Source of the DNA: Ylistrum balloti
Taxonomy: Eukaryota
Direction of reading: 5' to 3'
Assembly (NCBI RefSeq): GCF_031769215.1
Contig: NW_026782152.1
Location: 434,001-498,000 of the forward strand
Length of the DNA stretch: 64,000 nucleotides
The notes under the pieces were generated by a model, which worked only from the letters and a program-made list of their open reading frames with translations, was not told the origin of the DNA and did no database searches. Below are positions 10,909 to 24,595 of the stretch, one piece after another. Position 1 is the first letter of the stretch. The number at the start of each line of letters is the position of its first letter. The position numbers and the translations under genes are program-made.

Positions 10909-13900
10909 ATGGGGTTAGATTCATTACTTTTCATATTCTCGGTGGTCGACGAAGGAGCTCTGCTCTTTCTCGTTGTATACTTTGTATCCTTTTCATGCCA
11001 TTTGCATTCGTATGTGACATCGTTTGATAAGTTTGCCTCTCTTTTAGAAGTACAACACAAACACCGGCTCAAGGTTCAGAGGTAGATGATGGACTGAGTT
11101 TGAAATTTGGTATGAAAAATGTGTCAAAGAATTTATATGATGGAAGATTTTCTGAAACTGTAGAACGTCCTCTCAGTATCCGTTACTAATTTTTACATTA
11201 CTTAAATACTTCCGCCACTGACATAGAAGTTGATATTTGTTTTTGTCTAGTTATGAACCTTTATTATTTTAACTACTGATCATGACCCATTTATACACAG
11301 TACTTGCCAGGTGTTAATTGGTGTATATTAGAGATGGATATGATACTATCTTCATTATCTAATATTCCATTAAGGTTTGGGTAAAGAACCGTGAATTAAG
11401 TGGTTCAGTTTCCCACAAGAATTCCAAATAAATAGAACAGTTTTAAGTATACCCTGAATAGTAATATCTTAAGCTTTAAAAATACTTTTAACTGACACAT
11501 GAGACTGTAAATGGCTTCAAAAGAAAAAAGATAATCGTTGGAAGAGTATGACTATTAACTTGGAGCCACTTTGCAAGTAAACAGTAACGTGTAAACATGA
11601 GCCAAAGACCTAAGATTATTTCACTATACAGTATCTTGCTGCGATACTTAGGGATGTATAACAAAGGTGGAATGGAAAGAAGGCCATTTCAAGACTTATT
11701 GGCAATACTGTTCACTGAGCCATGAAGAAAACTTGAGCTCTTAGAGGTTATTATCTATGTGCTCCAACCAGTGATTGACTGAAGTAAGTGTCAATTTATA
11801 GCAATGAAGAGTCCTTTCAGAGCCGTATTGTCACCCTAGGAGAAATTAAGCTGATTTTCATAACAAAAATAAGGTGAATTAAACAAAATTTGTAACTTTT
11901 ACAGCCACTATGATGCTATATATTTTAGGCTTTGCCATTTAGTCACTTCTGTCCACCCTCAGGCTTAACCTGATTCAACAGATTTTGTTCTTTCCCATTA
12001 TGCTTATGATTCACAACCAAGTTACTTTCACTGCTGTACTTGTCCTCTAGTTCCCTGCTTTTTCCACTACTATCAAAAAATAAGGCCTGCTTTCCATGTA
12101 TGTTATCCATGTCATTCCTGTCCTCATTTTCACAAATTGACACAAGATGATATCCATTAATTACGTGTCATGCATAATTAAGAAATAGGAGAAACAAGTT
12201 GGAAACTTCAATATTAAATCACAGTGCTGCCTACGATAGTAAATGTCTCGCAAATAAAATATACACATGGTTGGAAATATCTGTAGATTACAATGTTGTA
12301 ATACATTCCTTGACTGATACTTAAGGTTATCACTCTATCAGATTTAGAGTGTGATTATCTTAATGCGACGTCATGCTGCTCAAAACTCAACAAGGTATAC
12401 ACTTTCTTTATCAACAATCAAAAAAATAATAATAAGCAACAACTTTTGATTTTATCAAATTTAAAGATTCCTTTTATGACAGATTTATTCATTTAATTGA
12501 AATTTTCTCAAGATGACTGTCTTTAATGCAGGCAAACATCCAGTGTCAACTGAGATAATTATTAAACTGATTTAAGAGTAAAATACCTACATAACCTTTA
12601 TCTGATATCTATGTACGTAAATGATAGAGCATTTCCTTTGATTTATCAATGGGTTTTATGAAAAGTGATGAAACAGTTTGTGGTTGCGATGACAGAGGGT
12701 CATTTCTGATTTTTCAATGTTTCAGTGGGTATTACCAGAACTGGTTGCACAGTCTGTGCTTGCTTTTTTCCTACTGGTGTCAGGTCATTGGATTCTGTTC
12801 CTTATGTATGCTCCTGTTACAGCATGGATGGTGTTTAAGTAAGTATTTTATATATACAGGTATGGGGTAAAACCAACACCCTCTAATGTGTTTACTGATG
12901 GAAAGGTGTGTGTAATTTGTCACCTACATGTTCTTGAATATCAGAGTTTGCTTTAATCAATATTTATTCAGTTATACATACAAAATATGTTTGTTTATTG
13001 GGTTGATGGCCCTTTGAATGGCCAGGATCAATTTGAGGAAGGGCTGCCTTGTGTTAGCTGGTTGCTTCCTCTCCAAACAATATACAGAAGGTCCACCACA
13101 TACATGCTTTTCCAGAGCAGTTAGGGTGAAGTCAGTGTCTTTCACAAGCTTGAAGTATCGACAGTAAGATCAGCTTCCTGGGAAACAAATACAATGGACC
13201 ACACACCTCTGATCTTAACTTGAGAGTGCAAAGTCCTATGCTCAGTGGACTGAGCTGTCATGAACGTCAAGAGTAAACTTTCAGTTCCTGTACATGAAGT
13301 TTGTGTTAATTATGTTCCTTGTTTACCCATCTGTCTATTTATCTTCTTGACATTTCTAATGATTTTTTCTTCAGATACGTGACAAAACCTTCAGGAAATA
13401 TAGGTCTCTATGACCCTACAGAGATTCACAACAGACACCAACTGAAAACATACTTAAAAGAAAACCTCATTAAATTGGGATCACACCTTATCTTCTTTTT
13501 TGTTTTCTTGTATTGGTAAGTGTGTTGTTGTTTTTGCCCTTTTACATCTGTTATTTTAAGTATCTCTGTGTTTTGAATAATTAAGTAGATTACTCTTATA
13601 AAGATATAAGCTTTTTACACTTCAAATAGAGGTGTTAAAGAAATTTTCTGATAGTGAAAGGTTGATAAAAGGGTATATTAATAAAAATTATATATTCTGG
13701 TGTTATGAGTTGATATCTCTTACCATAGTTTTCTATAACTCTTACCTGTTTAAATGTTAGTTACTATGTATCAAAGTTAGCTGTAGGAACTAAATGCTTG
13801 TCTGTAACAGGATGTTTAATGTTAGTTACTAAGTATCAAGGTTAGCTGTATTGGCTGAGCGCTTGTCTGTGACAAGATGTTAAATGTTAGTTACTATGTA

Positions 13901-14300
13901 TCAGACTTAGCTGTATCGACTGAGTGCTTGTCTGTTACAAGATGTTAAATGTTAGTTACTATGTATCAAACTTAGCTGTATCAACTGAGTGCTTGTCTGT
14001 AACAGGATGTTAAATATTAGTTACTATGTATCAAACTTAGCTGTATCAACTGAGTGCTTGTCTGTTACAGGATGATTTACTCCTTGATTAAAGGACTTTG
14101 ATGACTGACAGACATGATGTACCTTTGTAACTTCCTGTGCAGCCGTGTTTCCATGGTGATGACCTGATTTACATTGCAGGATGATCATCTCTCTTTTGAC
14201 CAATGAGGCTACCGGAGCATTTGGTTCACAGGCTGCTCTCTTGGCTAATTTACCAGATGTACAGAGTGCACAGGAGGTTATGGATGTTCTTGATGAATAA
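10909..14300 (+). CDS. CNIH4: Protein cornichon homolog 4 (ER cargo adaptor), 172 aa, complete
   Basis: Exons 10909-10983 ([25 protein letters not shown]), 12326-12394 ([23 protein letters not shown]), 12726-12838 (WVLPELVAQ...), 13375-13515 ([20 protein letters not shown]...KLGSHL), 14180-14300 (MIISLLTNE...DE*). 519 nt, in frame. Missed by the ORF track except exon 4. Confidence 0.95.
10984..12325 (+). other. U12-type (minor spliceosome) GT-AG intron, CNIH4 intron 1
   Basis: 5' splice site GTATCCTTT at 10984; branch site TTCCTTGAC at 12306-12314 with the branch A 12 nt from the AG; no polypyrimidine tract before the acceptor. Confidence 0.9.
12989..13260 (-). mobile_element. Degenerate tRNA-derived SINE in CNIH4 intron 3
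   Basis: Read on minus: head cagctcagtccactgagcataggac (A-box-like) and tail ...ccatcaacccaataaacaaaca typical of mollusc SINEs. Confidence 0.55.
13748..14074. repeat. 65-bp tandem minisatellite, 5 copies, CNIH4 intron 4
   Basis: taaatgttagttactatgtatcaaa(c/g)ttagctgtatcaactgagtgcttgtctgt(a/t)acaggatgt starts at 13751, 13816, 13881, 13946, 14011. Confidence 0.95.
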
Positions 14301-14453
14301 CTTCAGATGATAATGACACAGAAATCAGGGAATCATGGTACAGAGATGAAATCTATACTACGATCATCTATTGTGTCTCCTCACATCCTGAAATCCTATA
14401 GAATACCAAGGAATGAAGTGTCTAAATGTCCTTTTTATCATAAAACACATTTG

Positions 14454-14588
14454 CAGTGAACCTGTTTTTCTGACACCAGGAGTGACATCTTTTTTTTAAA
14501 AAAAAATTGATATTGGCCTTAAAGAACTTTATGATCATGTCAGATATTTAATACAGGATGTCCTTAATGGCTAAGTCAGATTTCACTG
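14454..14588. mobile_element. Old MITE-like relic in CNIH4 3' UTR
   Basis: Imperfect inverted termini CAGTGAACCTG... / ...CAGATTTCACTG; no clean TA duplication. Confidence 0.35.
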
Positions 14589-16676
14589 CTACATAACATA
14601 TGTAAGTATGTCATCATAGTAAATGTCAGTCATATGTGTTATTTTGGTGCAATTTCATCTTTTTTTTTTTTAATGAGGGACCTGAACAAATAATGTTAAA
14701 AGAAAAAGCTATTTTGTCAACCTTGATTGTTGTGTTGGATGTCAATTCTTATGCAGTTAACCAATCAAAATAAGCAATCCATTGCAGATTTTTATATCGC
14801 TGCTTTCTGATACCTGGTTGATTAGTGGTGTGCTGGTTCATGTATATGTTGATATTGGGGAGATTTTCAACCTTTCATTTTGCCTAGTGAGAGGTCGTGT
14901 GGCTTAATATTGTTTGAGGGTTTATATTTCACAAAATTTGACACATGTGACAGTTAATGTGTATCTGATGGAACAAAGTGCTGAAATAAATGATTAAAAT
15001 TACCATTTGAACACTGCAAACAAATTTGGTGGTACCTGTAATCATGTTGATGTTGTAGAAACTAATGTGTGTTGTTGATTAGAACTGATATTCTTCTTGG
15101 ACCAAGTAATATCTAACAGTAATATTACTTGAAAACAGATCTGACAAATTTCAGATTCATTTGAGAATGATTTTTTTATCAGATTAAGAATACCAGAATT
15201 CAGTTACATATTATTTTTGTCATTTAATCCAAAATACCATCATATCCTTATGTTCTGTTACATCCGTCCTCAGTTTTCTGACATAAATTAATGATACCTT
15301 TTCCCGTGGGGAACAAAAGTTACACATTTTAAGGACAAACTCGCCTAAGATCTAAATGAGTCAGATTTTTTACAAGAGTATCTCCTAAACTACTTGACAG
15401 GTTTCAGTTCATGACGGTGATTTCCTCATTTTATGATGATTAAAAATGGCTGACGATTTTGGTGATGATGGCTAGTGTCAAAAGTAATGAAAATGCTGGA
15501 TTTATAAATACTGAGTATATTTCAACCAAAAAAGGTAAACAGTGATCAGATTTACTTCATGGGGTTCATGGATATTAAGCTTTGGAGGTCAAATTAACCA
15601 ATTTGTTGTAGATGACATCATTCTGTAAAAAAAAATAATTTGGCATTTTTCAACTTTATTGGTAGCCATCTTTGCCGACATAGAGCAAATAATGGGATTT
15701 GTGCAGTTGGCACAGTCAAAAGAAGTCAGGTTTTCTGATTTGATTTTGACAGAATTTATCCAAAGTAACAAAACCAAAATCTTAACTTAAAAAATGATAA
15801 AAAAGGAAATTGAAGTTGATTATTTTGAAACCATTTTTTTTTTTTTAGTAATATTATTCAAATTAAATAGATTCCTTTTTTTAGGTATGGACTCTCACTT
15901 TTTTATTGGGCATACCCCACAAGTTAATAACCCCATTTTACATTATATATCGAGTAAAGTATAAAAACTTTTACTAAAGTGATCAGAATTTAACATGTCC
16001 TAGTAATGCTACAATATGATGCAATGTTGATGTTCCAACTGTCAGAGAATTAAAATTAGACCTGGAATTATTTTAACAAAACTCGGACCACATTTACGTT
16101 AGGATACTACACCTTATCATAACATGTTTGTTATGTTTTATAATCTTCTATGCAAATAATATACTTCTGGTGTAATGCCTTTTGTTCTCCCATTGTATAT
16201 GTTTGTATATTTACCATTGTATGGCAGTGTTTTAGTGTAATGTTACCAAAGTCTGTTGTATTTTATCAACTTGTGAACTGTAAAGTGTCACATGGATATT
16301 AACAAACTGAGATTGCCTCTCGTTGTATAATATCTAGATAGAAATTAAAAAAAGATAACTCAAGTATTAAACTTCAATGAAATTGACCTTACCGAAATGT
16401 TACCAGTTCAATATTGTATTGGTTTTTTAAATATGCATGGCTTAATATAAAGTCAATGCTGTCTTTATAAAATCAGAAATTAGACTTTGTGCAACTTGTC
16501 TGTTTACATTTTATTGTGCATGACATTTTCTTGATCTTTACTTTGGGTAAGAACTCAGAACATTCTGTTGTCAAATACAAAAAGCTATTGAGAAAGGTAT
16601 TTTAGACTACATATATTGAAATAGTAATTGGTTTACAACATAGCTGCTGACATCTTCTCTTGATTCACATTACTAG

Positions 16677-18094
16677 TTAGGTCATCTGACCCGAAGGGTC
16701 CGATGACCTATAGTCATCATGCTTCGTCCGTCGTCGTCCGCCGTGCGCCGTCCGTAAACTTTTCATTCAAACGACTTCTTCTCAATAATTGGAAGGCCCA
16801 GGCAACTAATACTTGGCCTGTAGCTTGCTTTGATGAAGCCCTACCAAGTTTGTTAAAAAGAATGACCTTGACCTTCATTCAAGGTCACAGGGGTCAAATG
16901 TCTTAAAATCTTCAAACGACTTCTTCTCAATAACTGGAGGGCCCAGGCAACTAATATTTAGCCTGTAGCTTGCTTTGATGAAACCCTACCAAGTTTGTTC
17001 AAATGAATGACCTTGACCTTTATTCAAGGTCACAGGGGTCAAATGTCTTTAAATCTTAAAAGGACTTCTTCTCAGTAATCAAAAGACCCAGGCAACTAAA
17101 ATAAGGCCTGTAGCATGCTGGGATGAAGGACTACCAAGTTTGTTCAAATGAATGACCTTGACCCACTTTAAAGGTCACAGGGGTCAAATATGTTAAAATC
17201 TTTAAACAACTTCTTCTCAATAACCAAAAGGCTCAGATTGCTGATATTGTGCCTGTGGCATGCTGGGATGAAGGGCTATCAAGTTTGTTTAAATGAATGA
17301 CCTTGAACAACTTTCAAGGTCGCAGGGGTCAAATATGTCAAAATCTTTAAATAACTTCTTCTCAAATACTAGAAGGCCTAGGGGGCTAATACTTGGCCCA
17401 TAGCATGCTGGCATGGAGCCCTACAAAGTTTGTTCAAATGAATGACCTTGGCACACTTTCAAGGTCACAGGGGTCAAATATGTTAAAATATACAAAGGAC
17501 TTCATCTCAATAAGCAAAAGTCTATGAGTGCCGATATTGGGTCTGTAGCATGCTGGGAGGAAAGGCTACCAAGTTTATTTAAATGAATGACCTTGAACAA
17601 CTTTCAAGGTCGCAGGGGTCAAATATGTCAAAATCTTTAAATAACTTCTTCTCAAATACTAGAAGGCCTAGGGGGCTAATACTTGGCCCATAGCATGCTG
17701 GCATGGAGCCCTACAAAGTTTGTTCAAATAAATGACCTTGGCCCACTTTCAAGGTCACAGGGGTCAAATATGTTAAAATATACAAAGGACTTCTTCTCAA
17801 TAAGCAAAAGTCTATGAGTGCCGATATTGGGTCTGTAGCATGCTGGGAGGAAAGGCTACCAAGTTTATTCAAATGAATGACCTCAACCCACTTTCAAGGT
17901 CACAGGGGTCAAATATGTTAAAATATACAAACGACTTCTTCTCAACAAGCAAAAGTCCATGAGTGCTGATATTGGGCCTGTAAGATGCTTGGAGGAGAGG
18001 CTACCAAGTTTGTTCAAATGAATGACCTCAACCCACTTTCTAGGTTTGGCTTGCTTTTTGTCAGATGACCATTAAGGCCCATGGGCCTCTTGTT
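16677..18094 (+). mobile_element. Non-autonomous Helentron (HINE/DINE-1-like) element carrying a 145-bp tandem array
   Basis: 5' subterminal IR ggtcatctga with a 5' hairpin (16680-16708), a gtccgtcgtcgtccg microsatellite-like tract, ~8.7 units of 145 bp (aatgacct motif at 16861, 17006, 17151, 17296, 17441, 17586, 17731, 17876, 18021), 3' IR tcagatgacc (18061-18070), palindrome AGGCCCATGGGCCT and terminal cttgtt in T-rich sequence. Confidence 0.9.
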
Positions 18095-20129
18095 TTTGTT
18101 GATTGATCCAGGTCACCAGTGGCAGAAAAAAACTCCCATCATGCACATTATAGTGGAAACTCTTGTGAAGGTCCTCAATGTCCTATATAAACAATTTTCA
18201 GTAAGGATGTATGGTATGCAATACCTTACATTCTACTTGTCAACAAACATCCTGCTGATAGCTTCATCTGTACAAAATTCCTCTTAAATATAACCCGTTA
18301 CGATGCTCAATTTACTATAATAAGTAGTCTGCACTTTGTGAAACATTCCAAATGAAAGAGATATGAACACATTTCCATATCTTAGAAAATATTAAAAACA
18401 GTTACACCACATATACAAAAACACAAATTAACGGACCTTTTTATGATGGAAAGTTCTACCATTCTTAAATGCAATGTGAAATTCATATATATGAACTGCA
18501 TATTTAGTGTTTAGTCGGTGTCTGTTTAAAAGTACTTGTAAGGTGTCTGATTTATGTATTCATGATTTTCCCCTATTACAGTTACATGGTATTTTTTTTA
18601 CATAATTGAGAATATATAGATTTATAACTTTATTATATGCATACATATATTAAAAAGTTATGTGAATATATGCTATTTATATCATGTGTAAAATCTTGCT
18701 ATGTGCTGAAGATTTTTCCTAACTTTGAAGATTCTTTTTACAGCTTTGGTGTTACAAGTGCTAATGAATGTTTTTGTCCAAGCATTCAGCTCTGTTGATG
18801 TGTATTCTTTGGTACCAACCATGTGTTTTTGTGTGATTACAGACTTGCTCCAACAAGAATGTCTTTTTGTGTCATACTTCAATTAGATGTGTACTGTTGA
18901 GCAGTTTCCTTCTCCATGGTATAACCATCTTGATTCATTCTATATTTTTGTAACATTTTTCTAGCAAATGCAGTGATGCTGTTATATTTTGAATTTGTGA
19001 ATAGCATGTATGCAACATTGACAATGGAATTACAGCACTTTCTCTGCAGAGCTACCATTGTAATCCGTGAATAGTGATTATAATGTAAATCATTTGAATT
19101 TTTCCAGTCTTTGGAAAAGGTTTTTTTTTTTTTCATTCATGTCATATAATGCATGAAAGTGATGAATTTGTATCACCTTGCAGGTAATGTTGAAAGTAAC
19201 CCCAATCCCATCATTTGTCAAACAAATGTGCCATTGTTTTGCTTGTGTTCTGCCTTGATCTCACCCACATCCTCTGTTACACACTTTATCGTTTACTAAT
19301 AAAACTCCTATGAAACAATATACTTTTTTAATGGTTAGTTATCTTAGAAACATTCATAACAGAAATCTTGTAAGGAGCATCCCACTGTCTGATGGTGGTC
19401 AGAACAGACAAGTATGATATCAATACAAAAATCATAGCATATATTTCTTTATTGATAATATATGAAAACCATTTTGTTGTATTTCTTACATTGTGAATTG
19501 TCAATTTAAAAAAAAAAAAGACAAAAATGCAGTATTTTCTTGCAGATAAAGCTGGATGTAAACAATGTAATTTTGCCCCCCCGCTGACAATGGAATAAAC
19601 TACTACGGATAGTAGATAGCAATCATTTAATTATGCATGCAGACACTTTCATGTATTTCTTCATTCCAAGTGATGGGCCAGTTCTCCGAGGAACACAGCC
19701 CAACACACACACTTGTACAACAATTATCACATGATCTTATTTTTCAATTTCTCAAATCAGTGAATATTGACATTCATAAATCGTGATTGTATTAAATTTA
19801 AATTAAATGAATATTCTGTTAATAATGAGTGATTTTGATTTAAAAACAAATTAATGATTCATGAATGAATGAAGACAGTTGAATGTACACATTCCCTTTC
19901 ACTTACTTCAAATATGTCACTGTACAACTTTTTTTACTTATATACTTCGTAGTTAATGGATCAATTCATAGTCAAAAGAGAACATTTCAGGGATATTCTC
20001 ATCTTTGATTAAAAATATATGGAATCTCAAACAGTGCACACTACCTTTTCTAGGATGCTTTCTTAGAAAACCAGTAGAGCAGGATTAAAACTGCTCCAGT
20101 AAATATTAACAGTATCAAAGTCATAAATA

Positions 20130-20624
20130 TGCGATCCTCTTTGTCCAGCGTCATGCACCGTAAGCTTTTAATATTTTCGACTTCTTCTGGAAGACTCCTC
20201 AATGAAATTTTAAAAAGCCTTCCTAGTCTATAGGTACACCAAAATTGCAAATTATGTGTTCCCTGAACCCTGTGGGTCTGAGGGACAAGGCCAAAAAGGG
20301 TCAAATTGATTGAAACATCAAAAATCTTCTTCTCAAATCCTAGGTAGGGTAGAATCAAATACTCTTCATGGAAAGAAAGGCCTTCATATGCTTTACCAAA
20401 ATTGTAAATTTCATAATATAGTTAAATTCAACTTTTGAATGTAATTTCCTTGAATTCAAACTTGGTTAGAAGCCTTTGCATGAAACAGCAGTTAATGTTA
20501 TGCATAATTTACATTTGCATTATGTGTACAATGTAGTTAATGTTATCTTACAAAATCATTTCTTTGACATGTTACAAGAAGCATTGTGATTCAGGTGACC
20601 ATTAAGGTCCTAGGACCTCTTGTT
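20130..20624 (+). mobile_element. Older Helentron/HINE copy of a related subfamily
   Basis: Degenerate gtcc-type 5' tract, core similar to the 16.7-kb element (gggtcaaat...aatcttcttctc), and 3' end tcaggtgaccattaAGGTCCTAGGACCTcttgtt. Confidence 0.75.
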
Positions 20625-22796
20625 TTATCACTTTTCATCTACTTTTATTATAACAGTAACATATTGCAAGTTTGTACTAGTAATCAGTATTACCCCACTT
20701 TCTGCCAAACTTCAATATCTTAAAAAGAAGGAAGGACCATAACCCTGAATGCTGGGGTACTGGTGACCCCGTTTTTTTCATGCAACACTTCAGCATCCTA
20801 AAAAGATCTTGCATACAAAATCTGGCAATTGTAGGTCTTCCCAGACTAACTGAAGCATGTTTACAAACAGCCATAATTCTACACATAGTGCAATACCTAT
20901 ACCAGACACGATTAAAACTGCCATACCAAAGGTACATGTATTTGCATGCAAAAGTTGGCAGTTGTAAATGAACAAGTAATTAGATATGAATAGAACTATG
21001 AGTTGCACAACATGATGAAAGTGCTTACCTATCCTCCTTCCCTTCAGGAACTTACAAACGAGATTGGTCTTGGTAAACAACCTCACATTGCATACTATGA
21101 TCTTGCCAGATGAAAAGGTACAAAATAGCATAGCGATGATGTGTTATGGAGTGTAATTTCAGACTTGAACAGTCCTAGATCTACAAACTTGACACTACAA
21201 GAAGGTAAGTTATACAGCCTACAGGATACAGAGGACATTACTAATTCTACCATCATGTTGCCTACAGTCACTTTACCGAGCTTCAAGACTTGCACAAGTA
21301 ACAAAGAAATCTACACTAGGTAATAATGTATCAAAAGTATGTCACATGTTATTCTATAAGGCAACACCACAATGACTGACATTTCAATAAAATGTTATTT
21401 ATCTGATCACATCATATGCGACAGAATCATCTACAATGTATTGCTTATCTCAAAAACTCTCTGATTCAAAATCCCACAAACTTGATAGATTCTATCTACA
21501 CAAGTTTCATATTCAAATTCACTAAATCACATGCCACATGCAGGTAAAATCCATACAGAATTTATAACGATGCAAGTCACACAGAGTTATGGTTTTTTTT
21601 TCAACAATTAAAAAGAATGTTCAGGATCCAGAACAGAGCCAATTGAAATTTTTATCATGTATTGTCATATCTTATCTGAATATGCATAGAATGCAGTTCA
21701 TTGATTTTAATACAGCAAGAAACAAGTGACTTCTGTTTGACACATGCCATCACTGATTAATTATTCACATTATTTATTAATCACAGGTAAATCAGACCAT
21801 TCCCACACAAAACAAATAACTGGGCTCTCTCACCATAACAATTTGTTTAGTAAATCAAGCAAAGATGATAAAATGACAATTAAAAATCAAAGATAAAACA
21901 AACAGAATTCTAAATAAACAGGACATGATGCTACAAGTTGGACAACACTCAAGCCATAATAGTCTTCCTTTTCTCTGTCAGGTACAAGAGTTAAGAGTTG
22001 GAAATATCCAGATACACTGTATGTGTGAAATGGTGTATTGTTTCACCCGATTCCATAATTGATTCATCTGATTTCAGAAAAAAAACTTTTCCAGACTAAA
22101 GCAATATTTAAAATTCTACAATAATGTAATTAAACATAATACTACATCTACCTTATTATATTCAAATACAAACCAAATCTTACCAGGTGAAATTCCAGCA
22201 ACTTATTTGTTTTATCATAAATTTTTTAAATAAATTCACTACATCTACTACCAAAAAAAATTAATAACACTAATGGCAATATGTTCAGTTTTTCAATCAA
22301 ATGGAATTCTAAAGACAGTATTGAGAAAATGTATTGACAGCGCAAGTATACCATTATCAAAAATGGATTGAGTCAAGACCAACCTGTGACACTGTTTCTC
22401 TACATGCTACTTTTAAATATGAACAAACATCCAGTCGGAACTTACACACAAATTAACTTAGATATATATATATATATTACATACATTGTAAAAATATGAA
22501 AAAAACATGTAAATAAAAAAGGCAATATTAACTTATCTTTCTTTTTTTTCGTATTCTTTCATTTATCAAAGCCTGTGACTTCCAAGCTGCACCATACATT
22601 CTCGTCAAGTACTTTTGTACTATGAAACATCACTTTTCAGGACAACACTTCAACTGTAGTGATGAATTTTGCTGTATTTTCAAATATCATTACATCAATC
22701 AAACTTTGTAATACACATACCGAAAACAATCAGACAAAACCTTTAAACATTCAGAGTTGATAGTTACAGAAAACAGTTGAGAAAGATTATTCACTT

Positions 22797-22830
22797 GAGA
22801 GAGAGAGAGAGGCAGAGAAGAAGAAGAAGA
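22797..22830. repeat. Compound (GA)n/(GAA)n microsatellite
   Basis: gagagagagagagaggcagagaagaagaagaaga. Confidence 0.9.
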
Positions 22831-24595
22831 AAAGGCATTAGCACTGTAAAGATAATTATATACCTGTAAATCTAGCAATTGCTATACAACAAAAAGAGGT
22901 TATTTAACTTGGTTACAAAGATTTGTTGTTGAACAATCAAATATTAATACTTTTAAGTGGCATGGTGAAGGTGCAAACAACATTCTGTCTATGTTCAAAC
23001 ACAATAATATCAAGACTTAAAAATATTTAGGACAACAAATGTAAGTCTCCTCAGTTTCACTGAAACAACACTCAAAACACCATAATTCTTGGAATATAAA
23101 ATGAGAATAATTCTACACCACTTTACTGCTGTTTATGTATATGTATATATATATATATACATATTATTTGTAGGTTCACATCAACTGACCCACTTCTATG
23201 AAATCAATGGTCATGGTTTTATATTGTCCCTTAACATACAAAATGTACTTGGCAATTTGACTGGCAAACACACACAAATCACTTTTAAATACCACTCTTT
23301 AGATTTATCCATTCAGAACTTTGAAATTAAGTACTAATTCATATAAAGCCAAAACTTTTAATGTACACTTGATGATGTACCAAAAGAAATGATGTCAGTC
23401 ATCCTGACAGGATGTAGGAATCAGGTATATAAAAAAACTCTGAATTTTCATCAATAACAATACTAGGAATATCATGGTGCTTTTTGAACAATGAACAATA
23501 AATCTCTGGACAGGTCAACATTATCACAGATGAACCAGGTAGATAAAACTCTGTTTGGAAGTTTTGAGGTTAAGTTGTCCCCTGTAAAATCTTAGAGTAT
23601 ATATTGACTAACCCTCGTCATTTCCATACCTGTTAATCATTCAAATTGCAAATCGCAACAGAGCTATTTTAAGCAAAATTACATTGATATAGCGCTGTGA
23701 AACAGGGCACTTACAACACAGCTGTATAGTGACAGATGGAATTGACACATAAACACTTGAAGACATCCATTAGCAGAAATTGATAGCCAAGGACAAGAAC
23801 ATGAAGTATCTTAAGACATGCATGTACTCGAAACAACATCATACCACTTTAGGTAGTGGGAGTTCAAAACATTGACTTAAAGTCTTTTTAATTTAGATTA
23901 AAAACTCAACTTTGAAAACTTTCAGTATGCAGCTAGGAGCATCTTTGTGCATTTCATTTACTTTAAAATCTACACAATTCATTTTCTTGTTTGATATTAA
24001 GACACAAAGTTTAGTTCTTACATCTTCACAGCTATATGGCGAAATGTTGCAATGAAAATAAGGACTGAATACCATACTGATGCCTAGTTTAGATGTAACT
24101 TAAAAATTACAGACATGCTATTGTGACACATTTGGCATCCATACATATTTTGATCATTGTTATAAAACATATTTGACTGAACACCACATAATGTCTCTTA
24201 CAATAATCAATATTTGAAGTGTGTTGATACCTGTAGGAAAGTATTTGACAGGAGAAAGACAGTCTTGTGTTGTATCACATGGTAGGTTATACACTACCTT
24301 TGGTATGAAGGTTGTGTTATTGCCACCTCTTGTGGCACAATGAGTACGTGAAAACATGGACAAGGTTGGTATGGATGGATATATTGATACATTAAGGAAT
24401 TCTGATTTCTTTTTGAAGATATATCCTTTACATGCATCCAGCAATTATCACTATCCTGTGATATGCTTTTTACTATCACTCATGAATGATATTGTTGATG
24501 GAAAGATGTCTGGTGGAGATGTGTTAATGATCAGAGCTGGCAGTCAGACCAGACTGTGAGAGATCTATAGTCAGTGTCAAACACTTGGCCTTTCG

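Noticed and set aside
14147-14160. X-box-like GTTTCCATGGTGAT (also ATTCCATGGCAAC at 54736-54748)
   Set aside because: Intronic, far from any start site, and such motifs are frequent in these genomes; no supporting evidence.
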